Source: Chrysomallon squamiferum (Eukaryota > Animalia > Mollusca). Taken from it: DNA of 64,000 nt. The notes beneath the pieces are model-generated. The model worked only from the letters and a program-made list of their open reading frames with translations, ran no database searches and was not told where the DNA came from. Shown piece after piece: positions 43,325 to 59,000 of this stretch. The translations under genes were made by a program, and so were the position numbers. Positions within the stretch are counted from its first letter, which is position 1. Every line of letters begins with the position of its first letter. The stretch is from assembly GCA_012295275.1 (NCBI GenBank), contig CM022676.1:13082001-13146000 (forward strand), written 5' to 3'.

Positions 43325-45638
43325 TATTCCTAACGTTAAAATATTTAAATATATTGCGGATGAAATTGAAACACAACATAAATCCTTTTTCACGTTTTAG
43401 TTCTTGAATCAGCTCCTGAATGGTGTTACTGCACAAATGTGTTAGAAACTTCAGTAGATCTTAAGTGGAAATACAACACAAAGAAGTTCACTAGATTCAC
43501 CGTTGAACAACGCTTGTCTACTGAAGACCAGTCTACCAGTCTGCAAGTGTCAGACAATAAAACACACGACAAGACTTTTTCTTTACACATTTCTCATCTC
43601 AAGTCCAATTCTTCCTACCACTTTAAAATTTACTCTTCTGCAAATAAAAATGACAGCCGTTACTGTTTGACTCTTTGTACCAGTTTAACAAAAATACATT
43701 TTAGTAAGTAAAATAATATATATAGTTTTCGATCCTTCATTTACAATTTCAGCAAATTATTTATTATTTAAAAAAAAAAATTCTCTGTGGTTCTTTTTTT
43801 TGTTTTTTGTTTTGTTTTACAGTACATGTATACAGGTAACATAGTCGAAACGATTTACGTTATTTAGTGAAAGATCTTTAGAAGAAAGAATTATAATTTT
43901 AAAATAGATAACTCAAAATTAAACGTTACTGCGGATCACTGGTTTATGTACTTGAACTTGTTATTATAATCACTGTAGAACAGTCTTCCTCCATGGCAAC
44001 ATTTGGAACTGGAATTGGAATTGGTCTGGTAGTAGGAATACTTCTGATCTGCTTTCCTGCAATAATTGTTCTGTTCATCTTGAGGAGAAGAGGTTACACT
44101 ATCCGAGGTCAATTTAATTTTAGACTCATTCATTAGTTATTGTTTTACTGTTTTGAATATTTCGTATTTATTTTATTGTAGTTTTTAATTATTTATTTTA
44201 AAATTATCTTTCTTTCTTACTTTTAATTTTAATATTACTTCTGTTTAACTAAATATGTGTATGTGTCTGTGTGTTATGTGTGTGTTCATTTATCTATTTG
44301 TATAATGGTTTCTTTCTTTTTTCTTTGGTTGTTTTAAAAAAAATCAAATTATTTCAATGTAAGAGTACTTATTTAGCTTGTAAAATACAACTATAAATAT
44401 ATCTTATAGGTTCAGACAGCAAAAATGAAAATGAAATCCATACGTGAGTAGTGTGTTGAAATATTTCTGATTACTACTGTGAAAATAGATATTCAGTGTC
44501 TGTTTACTATGTTACCTGCAGACCTTGTTTTGACATAGACACTAGTATGTCTAAAGTGCATAACTATATCATATCATTACTTTTGTTTAAAGCAAGTTTT
44601 GCTGTAAAATTGTATCAGGATTGAAAGTATATTAACTGTTAATAAAAGATCTGCTTTGTCTCACTAATATAAATGCGTGTGCAAAGTATGTGATTGTCTC
44701 GTTAATGCAATGCTAGTAAAACCAAATATACTTGAATGAGATACCAGTTTATTTTTCTTATTATGTTTCACAGATATCAAGATGTATCAATGGATTCAGT
44801 CCAGGAAACAGCTGTTCGTTCAGGTAAAATAAGAAATCCAGTGTTTTGAATATCTTTTTTAGATCCTAGTTTTACTAGAGCACTTTCCTTTGCAAAGAAG
44901 TTGTCTCTTTAATACATAAAACGATTCAAATTGAAATGGATCTTGAAGCACTAATCAAGATGATTGCGGAAATTCAAAATCAGATGCCAATTTTTCATAC
45001 ACATTAACGAATCTTATGCATAAACCCATACACACAAAGAGGTAAACAGGTACATACAATCACATATTTTATTCACTTCGTGAAGTGCTTGAACAATTAA
45101 TAAGTAATTTTAACAAAGACTGAAAGAACATTATTAGGTTTATTTTATATACAATAGTGTTATAAACTCAAAGAAGCTGCAGTAAATTAAGTTAATTAGA
45201 AATAAGCGCCTAATATTTTCTTCAAATTCCGGTAACGATTTCTTTAATAAATATTTTCTAGAAATTATAACGGAAAAATACTTTATCACAATGTGTACAA
45301 AGAAAATGTGTAATATGAAAATATTAATAAATGTATAGAACATTCTCAAATACCTACAACTCAGTACGAGTGTCTACAATCACGTGATGCACCTGCGTAT
45401 GAAAAGCTGAAGGTGTCTGATAACAGACCGAGTTCAGGTAATAACATTTATTTAGAATTATTTACTTTTATTCATCATATTAAAATGTATCCAACTACGA
45501 TGACAATTGATAATAACTTATTACTATGTTGAAATAAAATTTGTATTTGTAAAGAAAATCTCAAATGTTTTTATTTCCTATTCGTTATCAGGAGATTTTT
45601 ATACCAATAGAAAATAATAATAATAATAATAATAATGA

Positions 45639-45669
<31 letters not shown>

Positions 45670-45830
45670 AATCATAAGCATATTTTTGAAATGTGTTAGA
45701 AATCAGGGCTTCCAGTGTCTCTGTAGTTATTTCAATTTATTTTTATGCCAAATCGTTTTTGTTCTTTTTATTTATTTATGTTTCCTTTCTTTCTTTCTTT
45801 CTAGGCAATGTATATGAAAATACAGTGTGA
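36904..45830 (+). CDS. G3: IgSF type-I membrane receptor (two alternative leaders, V-like Ig, 4 Ig, FN3, TM, tail type B); frameshift at ~39686 in second Ig exon
   Basis: Exons 36904-36958 or 37428-37482, 38560-38889, 39498-39847, 40161-40424, 42142-42429, 42849-43109, 43401-43703, 43979-44107, 44410-44443, 44774-44823, 45339-45437, 45805-45830 (TGA). TM FGTGIGIGLVVGILLICFPAIIVLFIL-RRR. Confidence 0.82.
37300..37482 (+). promoter_or_regulatory. Cassette 10, intact (MAIVGYLLVSVSIVGYCL-G); G3 alternative exon 1b
   Basis: ATG 37428, 55 nt, GTAAGT donor. Confidence 0.75.
38313..38480 (+). pseudogene. Truncated tandem duplicate of the G3 V-like exon
   Basis: YTLFCSVTPVDNVSFSLSFQRSIKDTYYTMCAVNIKCAEEFP vs HTLFCSETPADDISFPISFQRWIKDVWYSMCTVNIKCAEVFP; lacks the second half and one base after the acceptor. 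Confidence 0.8.
44410..45830 (+). CDS. G3 cytoplasmic tail (four small exons), single ITAM-consensus motif
   Basis: GSDSKNENEIHT|YQDVSMDSVQETAVRS|EHSQIPTTQYECLQSRDAPAYEKLKVSDNRPSS|GNVYENTV*. Confidence 0.8.
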
Positions 45831-45889
45831 TTGATTCAACATCTAAAATTATAAAGATGAAATTTTTCGGACCTCTCTGGAACTATTTC

Positions 45890-46104
<215 letters not shown>

Positions 46105-46108
<4 letters not shown>

Positions 46109-46215
46109 TAGACAGAGTACAACACGTTTACTCGAATAAAAAACAGGAATATACAAAGGCGCTAATAGGACACTCACTTGTTTCTGTCATGATTGTTAGC
46201 TACAGTCTGGACTGG
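46105..46215 (+). pseudogene. Cassette 11: degenerate leader (AAG start, no donor)
   Basis: acaaaggcgctaataggacactcacttgtttctgtcatgattgttagctacag; homologous to cassette 4, and the following ~500 bp resemble 2640-3110. Confidence 0.6.
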
Positions 46216-46849
46216 TAGTGTGGAATATGTTCGAAATTATCCGAGACTTGCAGCTATGAGTAACCAATGGATTTTCATGTGCTGAGAACGATACAAAACT
46301 AGAACAGCATCTAATTCAGGACTTTGATTTGTTGTAACTTTTGTTTAATAAATCTCTTATCAAGACGATAAACTTAAAGGGATGCAACTCTTGTCTCATA
46401 TATTTCAACGTTTTCAAGTTAACTGGAGATTACGATTTGCCTGATCTAGAACCATATTCTATAATTATAACAAAACACAAAAGTTTTTATTTTGATTTTC
46501 TCTTTATACCATTGAATCGTGTGGGCTTTTTTCTAAAGACAAAATTCAAACAAAATATATTGTCCATTATAAAGAAAGTTTCTAGGTTATGTATGTTTCC
46601 AGAATGTGTACACGTGCATGTCAATTTAATAATTTTATATTATTATACAAATACAAACACGTTACATGGAACGGGTATCATAAATATAATACGTGATGTA
46701 AGATGAAAAGAACTCAAGTGACAAAGCGAAAGAATATAATAAACCAAACTATAATTCCGCAACAGTCATGAAACAATGATACTATAATACGTACTTCCCT
46801 TCATTCTATAAACATGTGCTTAATTAATTTTCATAGCTAACACTAGACT

Positions 46850-47010
46850 GACCGAGAATAATTTCATCAAAGTCAGAAAGAAGTAGTCTCTCTATAATAG
46901 AGAGAGCGATGCAGTAATAACGTGACACAATAAGATAACGTACAGAGAGCACAACTCATTCACCCGTAGAAAAGAAGTTTAGTCACAACATACTAAACAT
47001 TACTGGGATA
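46850..47010 (+). pseudogene. Cassette 12: promoter block, leader eroded
   Basis: gtaataacgtgacacaataagataac..acaactc..cccgtagaaaagaagtttagtcacaacata. Confidence 0.6.
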
Positions 47011-47495
47011 TGAATCATGTCACAAAACACAAAACTTTCATTCAGTTTGTGTCCCGGTTACAGTTGGTTTTGTGTTAAAACAACTTAAAGTTTTGTCACT
47101 ATGTAATTATGTAAACTGCACGACATATCTATGACAAGTGAGTGAATCGTGCTGTGAAAACCCAGTTTTAACTAAACTGTTCCGAATGAGGTAAATATTA
47201 CAGTATGCAACGTATTTGAATATTTTAAAAAATGATTTTCATTTCGTAAAATACAATGTTGACTCATAACTATAATTGTCGATCTTTTTAAACAAAAGCC
47301 ATTTTCAAAATACCTCGATTCTTATAGGGACCGTTCTGAAGTGAGATTGTCTCTAACAAAGCATGCTTCATAATAATTATATCATTCCTTGTATTCCAAA
47401 TACTCAGTCTCATTTTTCTTTCATGACTGTGCAAAGTGTATTTAACATTGATATGTGAAACCAAAGTTAAAAAATCATTCAGCTGCGCTACATCA

Positions 47496-47546
<51 letters not shown>

Positions 47547-47849
47547 TTTGAAAATTCATAACTTTACTTCAGCTGGTACTACAGAAATAGTTTCTAGTGA
47601 ATGTATGTGAGAGTGAATATATCTAAACAGTGGCCACAGCGAAATTCTTTTGCAAATCATAATTTTATCATCATCATCATTATTGTTATTATCATTATTA
47701 TTTATTTATCTTTTATTTATTTGTTAGAGACTGGCATGATTACAGAGGTAAAGTTGTTCACTGTAATTCCTCTTTCACTTAATGTCATAAGCATGTTTTT
47801 ATTTTATAATGATTAATTCAAGTCCGACTGATAAACTTTATACAACTTA

Positions 47850-48025
47850 AATAGAAACTGACGCTACACAATAGCGATAGCGCTGTAGTAATAACGTGAC
47901 ACTGTAAGTTAACCTAGATAGAGTACAACTCGTGTACCCGGAAGAAACAAGTTTACTCGCATTATACAAAATGGCGCTGTTGAGATATTTACTTGTTTCT
48001 CTTACGATTATTAGATACAGCACAG
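47850..48025 (+). promoter_or_regulatory. Cassette 13, intact (MALLRYLLVSLTIIRYST-G); likely G4 exon 1
   Basis: ATG 47971, 55 nt, GTAAGT donor at 48026; upstream gtacaactcgtgtacccggaagaaacaagttt. Confidence 0.78.
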
Positions 48026-49501
48026 GTAAGTTTTGTTAAAATTTTACACTAGAAAAGTCGTCTGATATTTATGTAACACTAGCCTGTACTCCGAGTCTCA
48101 ACACTTGTTATTTATTTCATATAATTACTGTTTGGTTCTTCCTTGTGAAATAACTTTAGTGATATTAGAGAGGCATATTCAAGTCTTCCGAATGTTTTAC
48201 ATGTTTCATGCTGTGAATTAAAACCCGTTTCTTTTTTGTTAAATGTCAAAAACCGTCCTATGTAAGCCTATAGAACAAAACTTTAGTTACCTGTTAGTGA
48301 AGATGGTAATACTGGTGATATGGGTTTTTTATTTTGGTTTGTTATCATATTTCAACTTCGTATTAATTAATAGTAATTCGTATGAAATTTGTGGACACTA
48401 GTAATACAATCATTGATCTTGATATAGTCAGTGGATACATTTTATTAAAGCCCTAGGATTTCAAACTCCGTTCCTTTTTTAGTGTTCCTAGACATGATAA
48501 TTATTTTATTCCCCATCCTCTCTGACTGCGTTTCCACTGTTACATTTGCATATGCAATACTGAATCGGTTTCAATTTTAACAAATCAAATATATTTGCAG
48601 AAAAAAATTTCATAAAACAAATTGTCAGGTAATAATTTTATTTTGAGACCTATATATTTTTCATACTCAAATATGAACTAAATTGGATTTATAAGCGGTT
48701 AAGAAGCAGTAACCAGAAAACAGTTTGACCGAACATACAGTCCATAAATCCCGTCTTTATTTCAAATCGATATTCTAAAGAATGAAGCTGCATTATTTAT
48801 TATTTATTATCATTAGAAATAAATAAAATATTAATAAAATTTACAATAATATCAGCACCAAATTAAGTTTCAACGGATCTGATGTAAATATGTCTTTCCG
48901 TCCATAGTTTTTCTGTATGTCTGTCTTTCTGCATTTACGTCAGTTTATTAGTTAATTTGTATATGTTAAAATCATAAATTATCGAATTTAACAATAGCAC
49001 TTAGTATTTATTGGGACTTTCGTCTTCTGGAACTTATTTGTAATGTGCTCGGTTTGGATATAGGATAATATACACGAAGAACATAATATATTCTTTTATC
49101 ATGTATAATTGAGGAGAATACCAGATACACGTCTCACAACCACTCCACGTTTCTGTCAGTCGTGTAAAACTCGTCCTTTAGCTGGGACCAGTACAGAATT
49201 TTCTCCCTGACTTGACTGAGATAGTTTGTGTAGTTTAGGACAGTATAATTAGTATTCACGGCTTACAAATCATTAAGATCACCGTCAATACAAACTGCTG
49301 TAGAGTTTAAACAGGGAAAACCCACAAAACAATCTAAAATACGGAAGCGGCTGCTGAACCAAAACGAATAACTGTTTACCATAGTAGAAATCAAAACCAG
49401 GAAAATAAGACAATACGAAATGATGAGAAAAACAAGAAATAACAATAGAACAAACAAACACCAAAAGAACACTGAAGATTTTTTATTTAAACACACAAAA
49501 T

Positions 49502-49557
<56 letters not shown>

Positions 49558-50553
49558 GATACATAGATAATTCCCAAATAAGGAATATTAACACAGCATT
49601 CAAACAATTTTATTGTTTATTAAATGTTTATTCATTTAAACAGTTACTTTTGTTATTTATTATTTATTTTTCTTTACGTATATATGTTTGTGTGTGTTTG
49701 TGTCTGTGTGTGTGTATACACACAGACACACACACACACAAACATATATATATATACACACACTCAGATAGCTATAAATAGTAATAAAACTTCATATTTT
49801 CCTATTTTTCTTCTTTCTTAAATTTAATTTAATTTAATGCTATTTTATTTGACTTTATTTTACTTTGTTCTTCATATATTCTTGTCTTTATTTTATTAAT
49901 AAAATTATTGAAAATGTTTTGTAGGTTTTCTAAACCTTTCTGGTTCTCCTTTTGCTGTGCTCAGTCAAAGCTACACATTCCAGTGTTCTGTATCAGGCAG
50001 CGTCACTTTACCTGTTGCCTTTCTAAGAAATGGAAATGGTGTTTGTACAGTTCTGTCATCTTGTAGACAAGTTAATCCTCTTCCTGGTTACTCTTGTAAA
50101 TGTGCTGGTCAGACTGGAACTTCTACACTCTTCAATCTGACAGTAAACAGTGTCAGTCTTGTAGATGAAACTGCATGGAAATGTACATATGATAATACTG
50201 ATAGCATCAGGATTAATTTACAAGTTCATAGTAAGTGATTATTTTATTTTTATTATTTATTTATTCATTTACTTATTTGGTTGTTTATTTATTTATTATT
50301 TTTCATTACATATTTTGTTTTCAGTGTTATATCTTACTATGGTTGTCTTTACACAATACAATTTAAATGATGAGACAGAATTAAAATTGAAATTTTTATC
50401 TAAAGTTTTAAGACTAACATTTAAATATCTGAACACGGAAATACAAGCTGTTAATAAGTGGTGTTCACATTTTCTGCACTGTGTATATAATCTTTGTAGC
50501 TTTAAAGTGGTGTTTTTTCTTTTTTTCTCAATTTTTATTATTATTATTATTAT

Positions 50554-50590
<37 letters not shown>

Positions 50591-53500
50591 TAGTAGTAGT
50601 AGTAGTTTATGCATTTCTTATTTTTTTAAATTTTCAGTCAACTAACATTATGCAGTTGAATAATTATGTTTTAAAATTCCTATTTCACATCAATTTCTTT
50701 CTCATTCAGTGTTTATTCAGACTAAGATTTAAAGGAGACCATTTAATAAACTACACATCCACTCTAATTTCAGTCCTTTAACATTTACTGTTTGAATATT
50801 TAAGATTAATAATTTCTGATTCCAAATTTTTAATGGTTGCTCATTTTTGCCTTTCAGCTCCAGTTAATTATACAATCACAGAAGTTTCTGGATCAAGACC
50901 AAACTCACTTAACATCACTGAGGGATACTCTGCTATTTTTACCTGTGTTGTACATGGAGCCAAACCAGCACCGACTGTTTCACAGATCTTGTGGTACGTA
51001 GACAGTAACAAGCTTCCTGTCAGGATCACTGGATCTCCCACTACTACTGACAGACTGACAACATTAAGTGTGATGTACACAGCCAGCAGAGAACATGATG
51101 GTCAGAAAGTTTTCTGTGCTGCTGAAAATAACTTCATGATTGACCAAAGTATCCCTGCTGTCAACTCATCTAACAAAATTGGATTACATATACTAAGTAA
51201 TTATCTTCTTCTTTTTTTTCTAATTTAGACACCACATATCTATATCTATCTATCTACATATATACTTACAGTGTTAATATATTTGACAAAAGATATTTAA
51301 TATGACTAACATTAATGTAACATTAGAACTGCATATTCATATCAGTAATTCACATCACATATTTTCATTAAAATAATTATGAAGATTATTTAAAATATCT
51401 GGTCCAAACCACTGATTGTTAGAAAAAACCCAGATATAGGTAGTGTATGTGTGTTTGGATGTGTATATGTGTGTCTGGGTGTGTGTGTAAAGTTTCTACA
51501 TGTATGTACTTATAACTTTGCTATAATATATTTTTATTTCAATCATAAGTTACATGAATTAAACAGATTACAGAACACAACTGGTACATAACTTGTATTC
51601 CATTCATAATTATTCACTGTTATTAAATGTTGTTATGTCATGACAAAAAGCTAGGACTATCTGAAAATAAAGTTAAATAAATTATCATAAACAAATTAAA
51701 ATTCACATTCACAAAATTGTTTTTATTATTTTAAACTTTGTTTTAATTTTTAATTAATAAAGGAAAGTGTAAACCAAATGTACTTTATATTTTATAGTAC
51801 TTATTAGATATTAATTTTACAATAAAACTAAGTAGTATCTAAAAATATTTTTCACTTTAGCTGTGTATGAACTGTACACCTTTGAGCTTTAAATGTGAGT
51901 ACTCTCAGGACTTAACTTCTTCATTTTAGAACATAAATTTAAAATGTTTTATTTCTGTTAAAAATGAAATAATTTTATTAGTTACTAATTATTACTAAAT
52001 AATCTGTATCTAACTGTAACAGATATATTACAGTCAGTGTTTTCTGTTATCTGAATTAATAACTTCTGTTACATAGAAACTTTATAAATAAATACAATTA
52101 TCTTATTACAATAAAGCTAGGCACACTTTACTCACTGTACATAAGACATACTAAGTAATGTTATGTCAAGAGTAAATCTCTGTAGCTATTTAACTTCATT
52201 GATATCTTGTATCATAAAAAGTAGTTTTCCTATGTTTATTTTACAGTCAGCTGATTTTTGAATAATTAAACTAATTATAACATTTTATTTTTATTATTTT
52301 TATATATTTTGAAATTTTCACTTACAGGACCACCAGACTTTCCTTCTACCAGTGGTGAGTGTCCAGATACTTACATAGAGTCAGGACAGAGTGGAACTTG
52401 TGTGTGTAACACCACTTTTCTAGGAACACCTGCTGGCACAGTAAGCTGGGTAACTCCTGATGGAACTGACACACACACACAAACTCTTGTCTTGAAATCT
52501 ATTAACAGAAAGTACAACAATCAGAACTACACTTGTCAAGTCAGAAACTACGTGGAGACCAGAACCTTGACATTTACAACAAAACTAGAATGTATGTCTA
52601 CAGTATCAACTTTAACAACATTTTTAATTGTTTGTAATTTTCTTTTCAAAAATAAATCAACATTTACCTAATACCTAGAACTGATATTACACATTTTTTC
52701 TACATCATTTTCTCTGTTATGTAACTTCATTCTTAAAATATTCTAAATTTTAGTTGGTCCTGACAGAACTGATATAACTGGAAATCAAGCTAATTTTGAT
52801 GCTGATGGAATCAGAAAATTGACCTTGACGTGTAAAAGTGCATCATCAAGTCCCAGTGTGACCTTTACTTGGAGAAATCTCACTAGTGGTCAGATTCTGA
52901 TTTCAAACGAACCAATCAGAGAACAAGACGCTGGTGATGGAGGAAAGCTGTTTAGTCAGAATCTGGTTTTGGTTCCACAGTGGTATCAAGATGGAGATGA
53001 AATAGAGTGTGAAACACAGAATGCTCAGATCCCTGAAACAAAGTCTACAACAAAAACTACACTGACTTTGTATTGTGAGTACATACAACATAAAACATTA
53101 TTTATAATAACAATAGCAATAACAATAATAATGATAATAATAATACTAATAAACAGATTTTGAATATTTACTTTATTCTGTTTAAGGTAGAATTTGGTTC
53201 AGATTTCATAATCTGATCTCTATAGCACATTTCTGACTCCAGATTTATTTTTGCTAAATGTTTGATTAATATATATTGATTAAAATTAATAATAATGATA
53301 AGCCTCTGAAGAAGTTTGATTACATAACCTATAATAAACCAGGGCAATATTTCAGTACTCTTGCCTGTGCAGTCAAAAAGAGAGAGAAAATTAATAGATA
53401 ACAATTTTAAATGGATTCTTTAACTTACTAAAACTTTTGTTTTCAGATCCACCTGTGAATCCTCCAGAAATAAGAGGATACAAGACAGGACAAGTGATTT

Positions 53501-55970
53501 ATGAAGGAGACACACTGAACATTCGCTGTGTTGTGTCAGGTGGTAAACCTCTAGTGTCATCAGTAAGTCTGTCTTGTGACACAGATCACATGAACACTTC
53601 ATCTGAGGGAGATGAAAACAGTGTTTTTGTAGATTTGTCTTTTACAGTTACAAGAAATCTTAACTCTAAGACTTGTCAGTGCAGTGCAGTTCACCAGACT
53701 CACAGATGTAATCTCACAGACACTCAAACACTCACTGTGTACTGTAAGTATATAATAATAACACTAATAATAATAACAATAACAATAATAGTAATAACAA
53801 TAACAAAAATAATAATAATAATAATGATGATGATGACAGTGATGATATTGATGCCGGTGATGATACTGATAATAATATAATTGACGATAACCAAGGCAAC
53901 AATAAAAACATGAAAAATAAAATAACAGAAATAATGATTAGAACAGTATAATACTTTGTTATTATTCTTAAGGTTTTAAAATACGCATTTTCTTAAATTA
54001 TTTATAATGCTTTATTTAGATCCACCATCATCTCCTGATTTGGGTTCAAGTTTGAGTTTTCCGTGGTTAGAAGGTCAGAGTAGAAACTTGACTTGTGCAG
54101 TGTCTGACAGAGGAAATCCTCCAGTTGTGATTGTCTGGTTTAAAAACGGAGTGAAAGATTCCACACACACAAACTCCTACTGGCTGTTCAAAATCTGTCC
54201 TACACAGACAACAGACAGACATTTATGTGTCAGGCTACAAATAACTTCACACTCCACAAAAACGATCCAAAGTCATCTGAAAATAAAACACTAAATGTTT
54301 ACTGTGAGTAATGTGTCATTTAATAAAACAAAATGTTAATGTTTTGAATATGTTCTTTCATTTATTATTGACAAATCTTACCCTAATCAATAGTGAGTAC
54401 TTATTGAAATAAACTTATCTTATAGTGCATGACTGTTATTTTATTTTATATTGAATTTTGCTGAATTTTCTATTTACTGAAACAAATATGTTATTTTTTA
54501 GTATTTACATCGTGATTAACATCATTTCACTATTTCTACAGACTGCATCTTTCCTTTCAGCACAAGTCTCTCTTTAACTATCTTACGTGGTTAAGTTTCC
54601 TTTGATATTCAAATTGTTATACATATTTTTCTTTAAACTTCATATTAATTCGGAAAAAAAAAATGTTCCTAAAAGTGACGTCGAAGAAAAAGTGAAGATT
54701 GAGAAAATACTGTTGTCTCATGATGTTTATTTAATAACAGTTACAATGACAAAATGATTGTGGAAAAATATGAGGTGAAACTGCTGTTTACATATTTTAA
54801 ATTTTCACATTTACATCATTTTTTTTTTTTTTTTAAAGACAGTCCACGAGTGAGTATTGATAAATCTGGACCAATCATAAGACGGGAAGGACAAAGTCTG
54901 GATGTAGTAAACTGTTCAGCAGACAGCAATCCTCCAAACACAACACTCAACTGGACATCAACCTCACCTCACTGGACTGGTGGTTTCCCTTTACATATTC
55001 CAGTACTTGACAGAGACCACCACGGTACATACACGTGTACAGCAACAGCGTCATCTTCACTAGCATCTCTAACTGGAACATCTCAGATTAAAATTGTAGT
55101 TAACTGTGAGTATTTATGTGTTAAATAACAAATTATTTGTGCTTTGTGTTAACTTTTGTTCTGGTTAATTATAACTGTGAATTCTCATGTGTTAAATCAA
55201 ATTATATCAGTTTTTATTAATTTTGTATATAAGTTATTGATTTCCTGGTAAAGTGTTTATTATAAGTGTGTTTATAAATTGGAATTATTAATGTAAATAT
55301 AAAATATTTATAAACCAGTGTTTTGTTTTGCTTAGTCTAGCCTAGTCAGTGTGATCTGTTATCTTTAGAAAAAGATAGATTATCAAGTGTGTGATGACTT
55401 GTTTAACTTGATGACTTGACTTATTACCGTAAATTTAGTAATTGTTTACAGATGCTCCTGATCTGACTTTTCCTTCTTTAAACACAACTGAAAACACGTC
55501 ACTGAATATCAACTGTTCTGCTGATGGTCGTCCTGACAACATGAACTTCAAACACTTCAAACATTACTGGAATGACGTGTTTATTCAACATGTGTCAGGA
55601 ACAAAGGTAACGGGTAATCAGTACAGATTGAAGTTTAATCCTGTTACGTTTGAAGAGAGTGGAATCTACGTCTGTAGTGTGGAAAATGGAATCCCAGACA
55701 GGAATGGACATTTACTACAAAACAAAACCAGCAGTGTTTATGTTAAAGGTATCAATCTATAATTTAATAACAAAACAATAATGTTTACTGAACTTCCACA
55801 ATATATATAATAATACCTCAGTTAACATCTGTTCACTATCATGTTCAAAGTTTCTATCCAGGTTTCATAAACGGCTACTGAATTCTAAAATGTATTGTGT
55901 AACATAGTTTTTAAGTAATCCTAATTGTGAAGAAAATTATTTCCATGTATTTATCTTTGTGAAGAAAATA

Positions 55971-56048
<78 letters not shown>

Positions 56049-59000
56049 GATACAACTTTTTTCAAATATATGATAAACTCAATTTTTAAATTTTATTTCT
56101 TTAAAACTATGCTAACAGTTGACATAGAAATCATTATTTATAAAAAAAAAAATCCTTTCAAACGTATTTAAGGGTAAAAAAGTAAAAGAAATAAATCAGT
56201 TTCCTGGTGAATCAAATTAATGAAGTAAACTTCATCCAAAATTTTATTTGTTACTCCATATTTACAGAAAAGAATTGATAAACATAAAGTTAGTAGCTTT
56301 ATATGTTGCCAAAGATTGAGGGGTCAAACATGGAGTCTACACCTCAGCACATTTGATTAATAATCAGCGAATTCACCTCAGATAGCTGAGATATTTTTTA
56401 CATCTTTGTCTCATGCTGTAACAAATTGCATTCGTGCAACAAAACTAATCTTTTAAGAAGGACTTGTATACTGGTCTATAATTGAACTAACTTTTGTTAT
56501 CCATGTAACAATACATTTAACACCCGTATGACTTCCACATTTGTCAGTCTGTCAATGTTTTCTTTGTTCAGCAGTAACCAGAAACAAGCTTTGAACTTGG
56601 ACTTGTGTGATATTTGTAGATGTGTAATATAGACAAGTCAACACTGTTATATTTGGTATTATGAGTGAAACTCTGGAAAGATAAAAATTGTTGATGACAA
56701 TGACAATGACAGTGAGTTTATTCTCATAAACTGTAGGATTAGGGACAGAGAAGAATGTATTACAGCTACATAATAACAAAATTATAATACACATATGTGG
56801 AATTTCAAAGTGGAGGACATACTCTCGCATACAGTTCTTATTAACAAACATAGCTTTTTAAATACAAATATGTTTTTATTGTTAAACAAATTATTATATG
56901 AAATTACATTTGAATGTCTAATATATTTATCTGGGATACCTTTTGTCTCATTTGGTAATACAGGATCATTACATTCAAATATATAATGATATTCATCTCC
57001 AATTTTGTTAAGATTACAGATATGACATTTTCTGTTTTCTCTTAGAATATTAGACCATCGTCCAGTTTCAATAGGAAGTTTAGCATTCGCAGTTCTAAAT
57101 TTACATAAGATATTAGCATTCTTCTGAGACAGCAAAATAAGATAGTCTTCTAATTTCAGTTCATTTAAAAAAAAAATATAATTAATAGCCTTTAGAGACG
57201 TTTCAGTTTGATTTTTCCATAATTGTTAAAACTGATCATGTAATATTTTGGATATGTAACCATTTAACATTATCAAAGTTGTAATACGTCCATATATATC
57301 TTAAACCACAAACATCTTGAATATTTATTACAAATTTGTTCCAAGGAGAATCGATAACATGCATTAAATAATATAGTTGTGAGGAAATCTTGTTTTGGGT
57401 TTTGTAAATTAGGTTCCCCCAAAAGGTTATCATTCTTACTTTTATAGAAATACAAAGGGGATACCATCCTAGTTCACCAGAGATCATAAAATCAGGGGTA
57501 CATTTATTAACATTTAGTAAATACTTAAAAATTGTATTTGGAGTCTTTCTGTTAGTTGTATATTTGTAAAACACCGTATTTCACAACTATACAATAAAAT
57601 TAGCTGTATTAGTTTATCAAATAAATCAACTACCCAGTTGATGGGAAGATTATTCTGACGACTTTTAGCTGTTAGGCTGTACCTAGCTTTCATTGCTTTG
57701 TTATACAGTTTGGGAGAAAAACCATTTATGAGATCAGCATGAATTTTATCATCAAGAGATTGAATGATAACTAAACAGTATTGGTTGAGTAATTAAGAGT
57801 TTGAAAGAACAAATATTTAATAATGTATAAAAACTGAGTTATACTTAACAAAGAACACAGCAGCATCCAGTCAGTGATCACTTTATTAATAGTTCTGTTA
57901 AACTAAGGAAAGTTTTATGTTTATTATTACTCAACATAGTATAGAATAGTTACATTTTAAAAAATCCATGTTTTAAAAAATCAGATCTTTTTATTTCTTA
58001 ATGTTGAATGTCTAAATATTTTTCATGTATTGTAAAAATTGATTAAATCCTCTGGAACACTACAATATTTCAAATTACATTTGTAAAGAATTATTACTAT
58101 TCACATATTTAAAATAAAACATATAACAATACAGTTGATAAATCTTTATCATTAATATAATTATACTTTCAGCTGCACCTAAGATCATTAACAAAACAGA
58201 CAACATTGTGGTAGCTGAGATAGGAAATTCTGTTGTATTACACAAATCTGTGTTTTGTAAACCAAGTTACAGAAATTTTAGCTGGACTAAATTTGATGAT
58301 CAAACTGATTTTAACAACACTCAGGTCACAAGAGAAAATATCACATTTCAAATACACAGTAAAACAGTGACAGATTCTGGTTACACATTTTCTCTCAATA
58401 TCAGTAATTTTACTCAAGATGACATTGGAACATACAAACTGACTGTCTGTAATGAAGTTGGATGTTCTCAGTTTTCAGTGAACCTAACTGCAGCAGGTCC
58501 ACCTCTTCCTCCTAAAGAGTTCCAACAAGAAAGAGAATCAACATCAGACACAGTGTTCTTGTCATGGCTACCTAACTACCCAGGTGGTAATTTCAAACAA
58601 AGATTTATACTGCAGTACAAACCACAAGGTGACTCTAACTGGATTACTTGGACAAGTAAATGGCTTCATGTCTCAACACAGGGACATAAAATACTTTTTA
58701 ACATCACAGATCTTCAGCCTAAACAAGTTTACAATATTCGACTGTCAGCTGAGAGTAACAGACTTTCAAACAATATCAGTAAATATGTTACACTAGAAGT
58801 TACAACAAAGGGTAAGTAAAGATTAACTGGATTACTGCTTGGCATAGTGAATTGTTCAATGACTAAACACAAGGACAGAAAATATTTGTTAATATCAGCA
58901 ATCTCAAAGAAAAACAATTTATGATGTCTAGAATTTCAGCTCAAAACACAAGAACTCAAGACAATATGAGCAATTACGTCATCTTTCAAGTAATTACAAA

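Noticed and set aside
49020-49260. Possible SINE-like fragment in G4 intron 1
   Set aside because: No clear pol III boxes, tail or target-site duplication visible.
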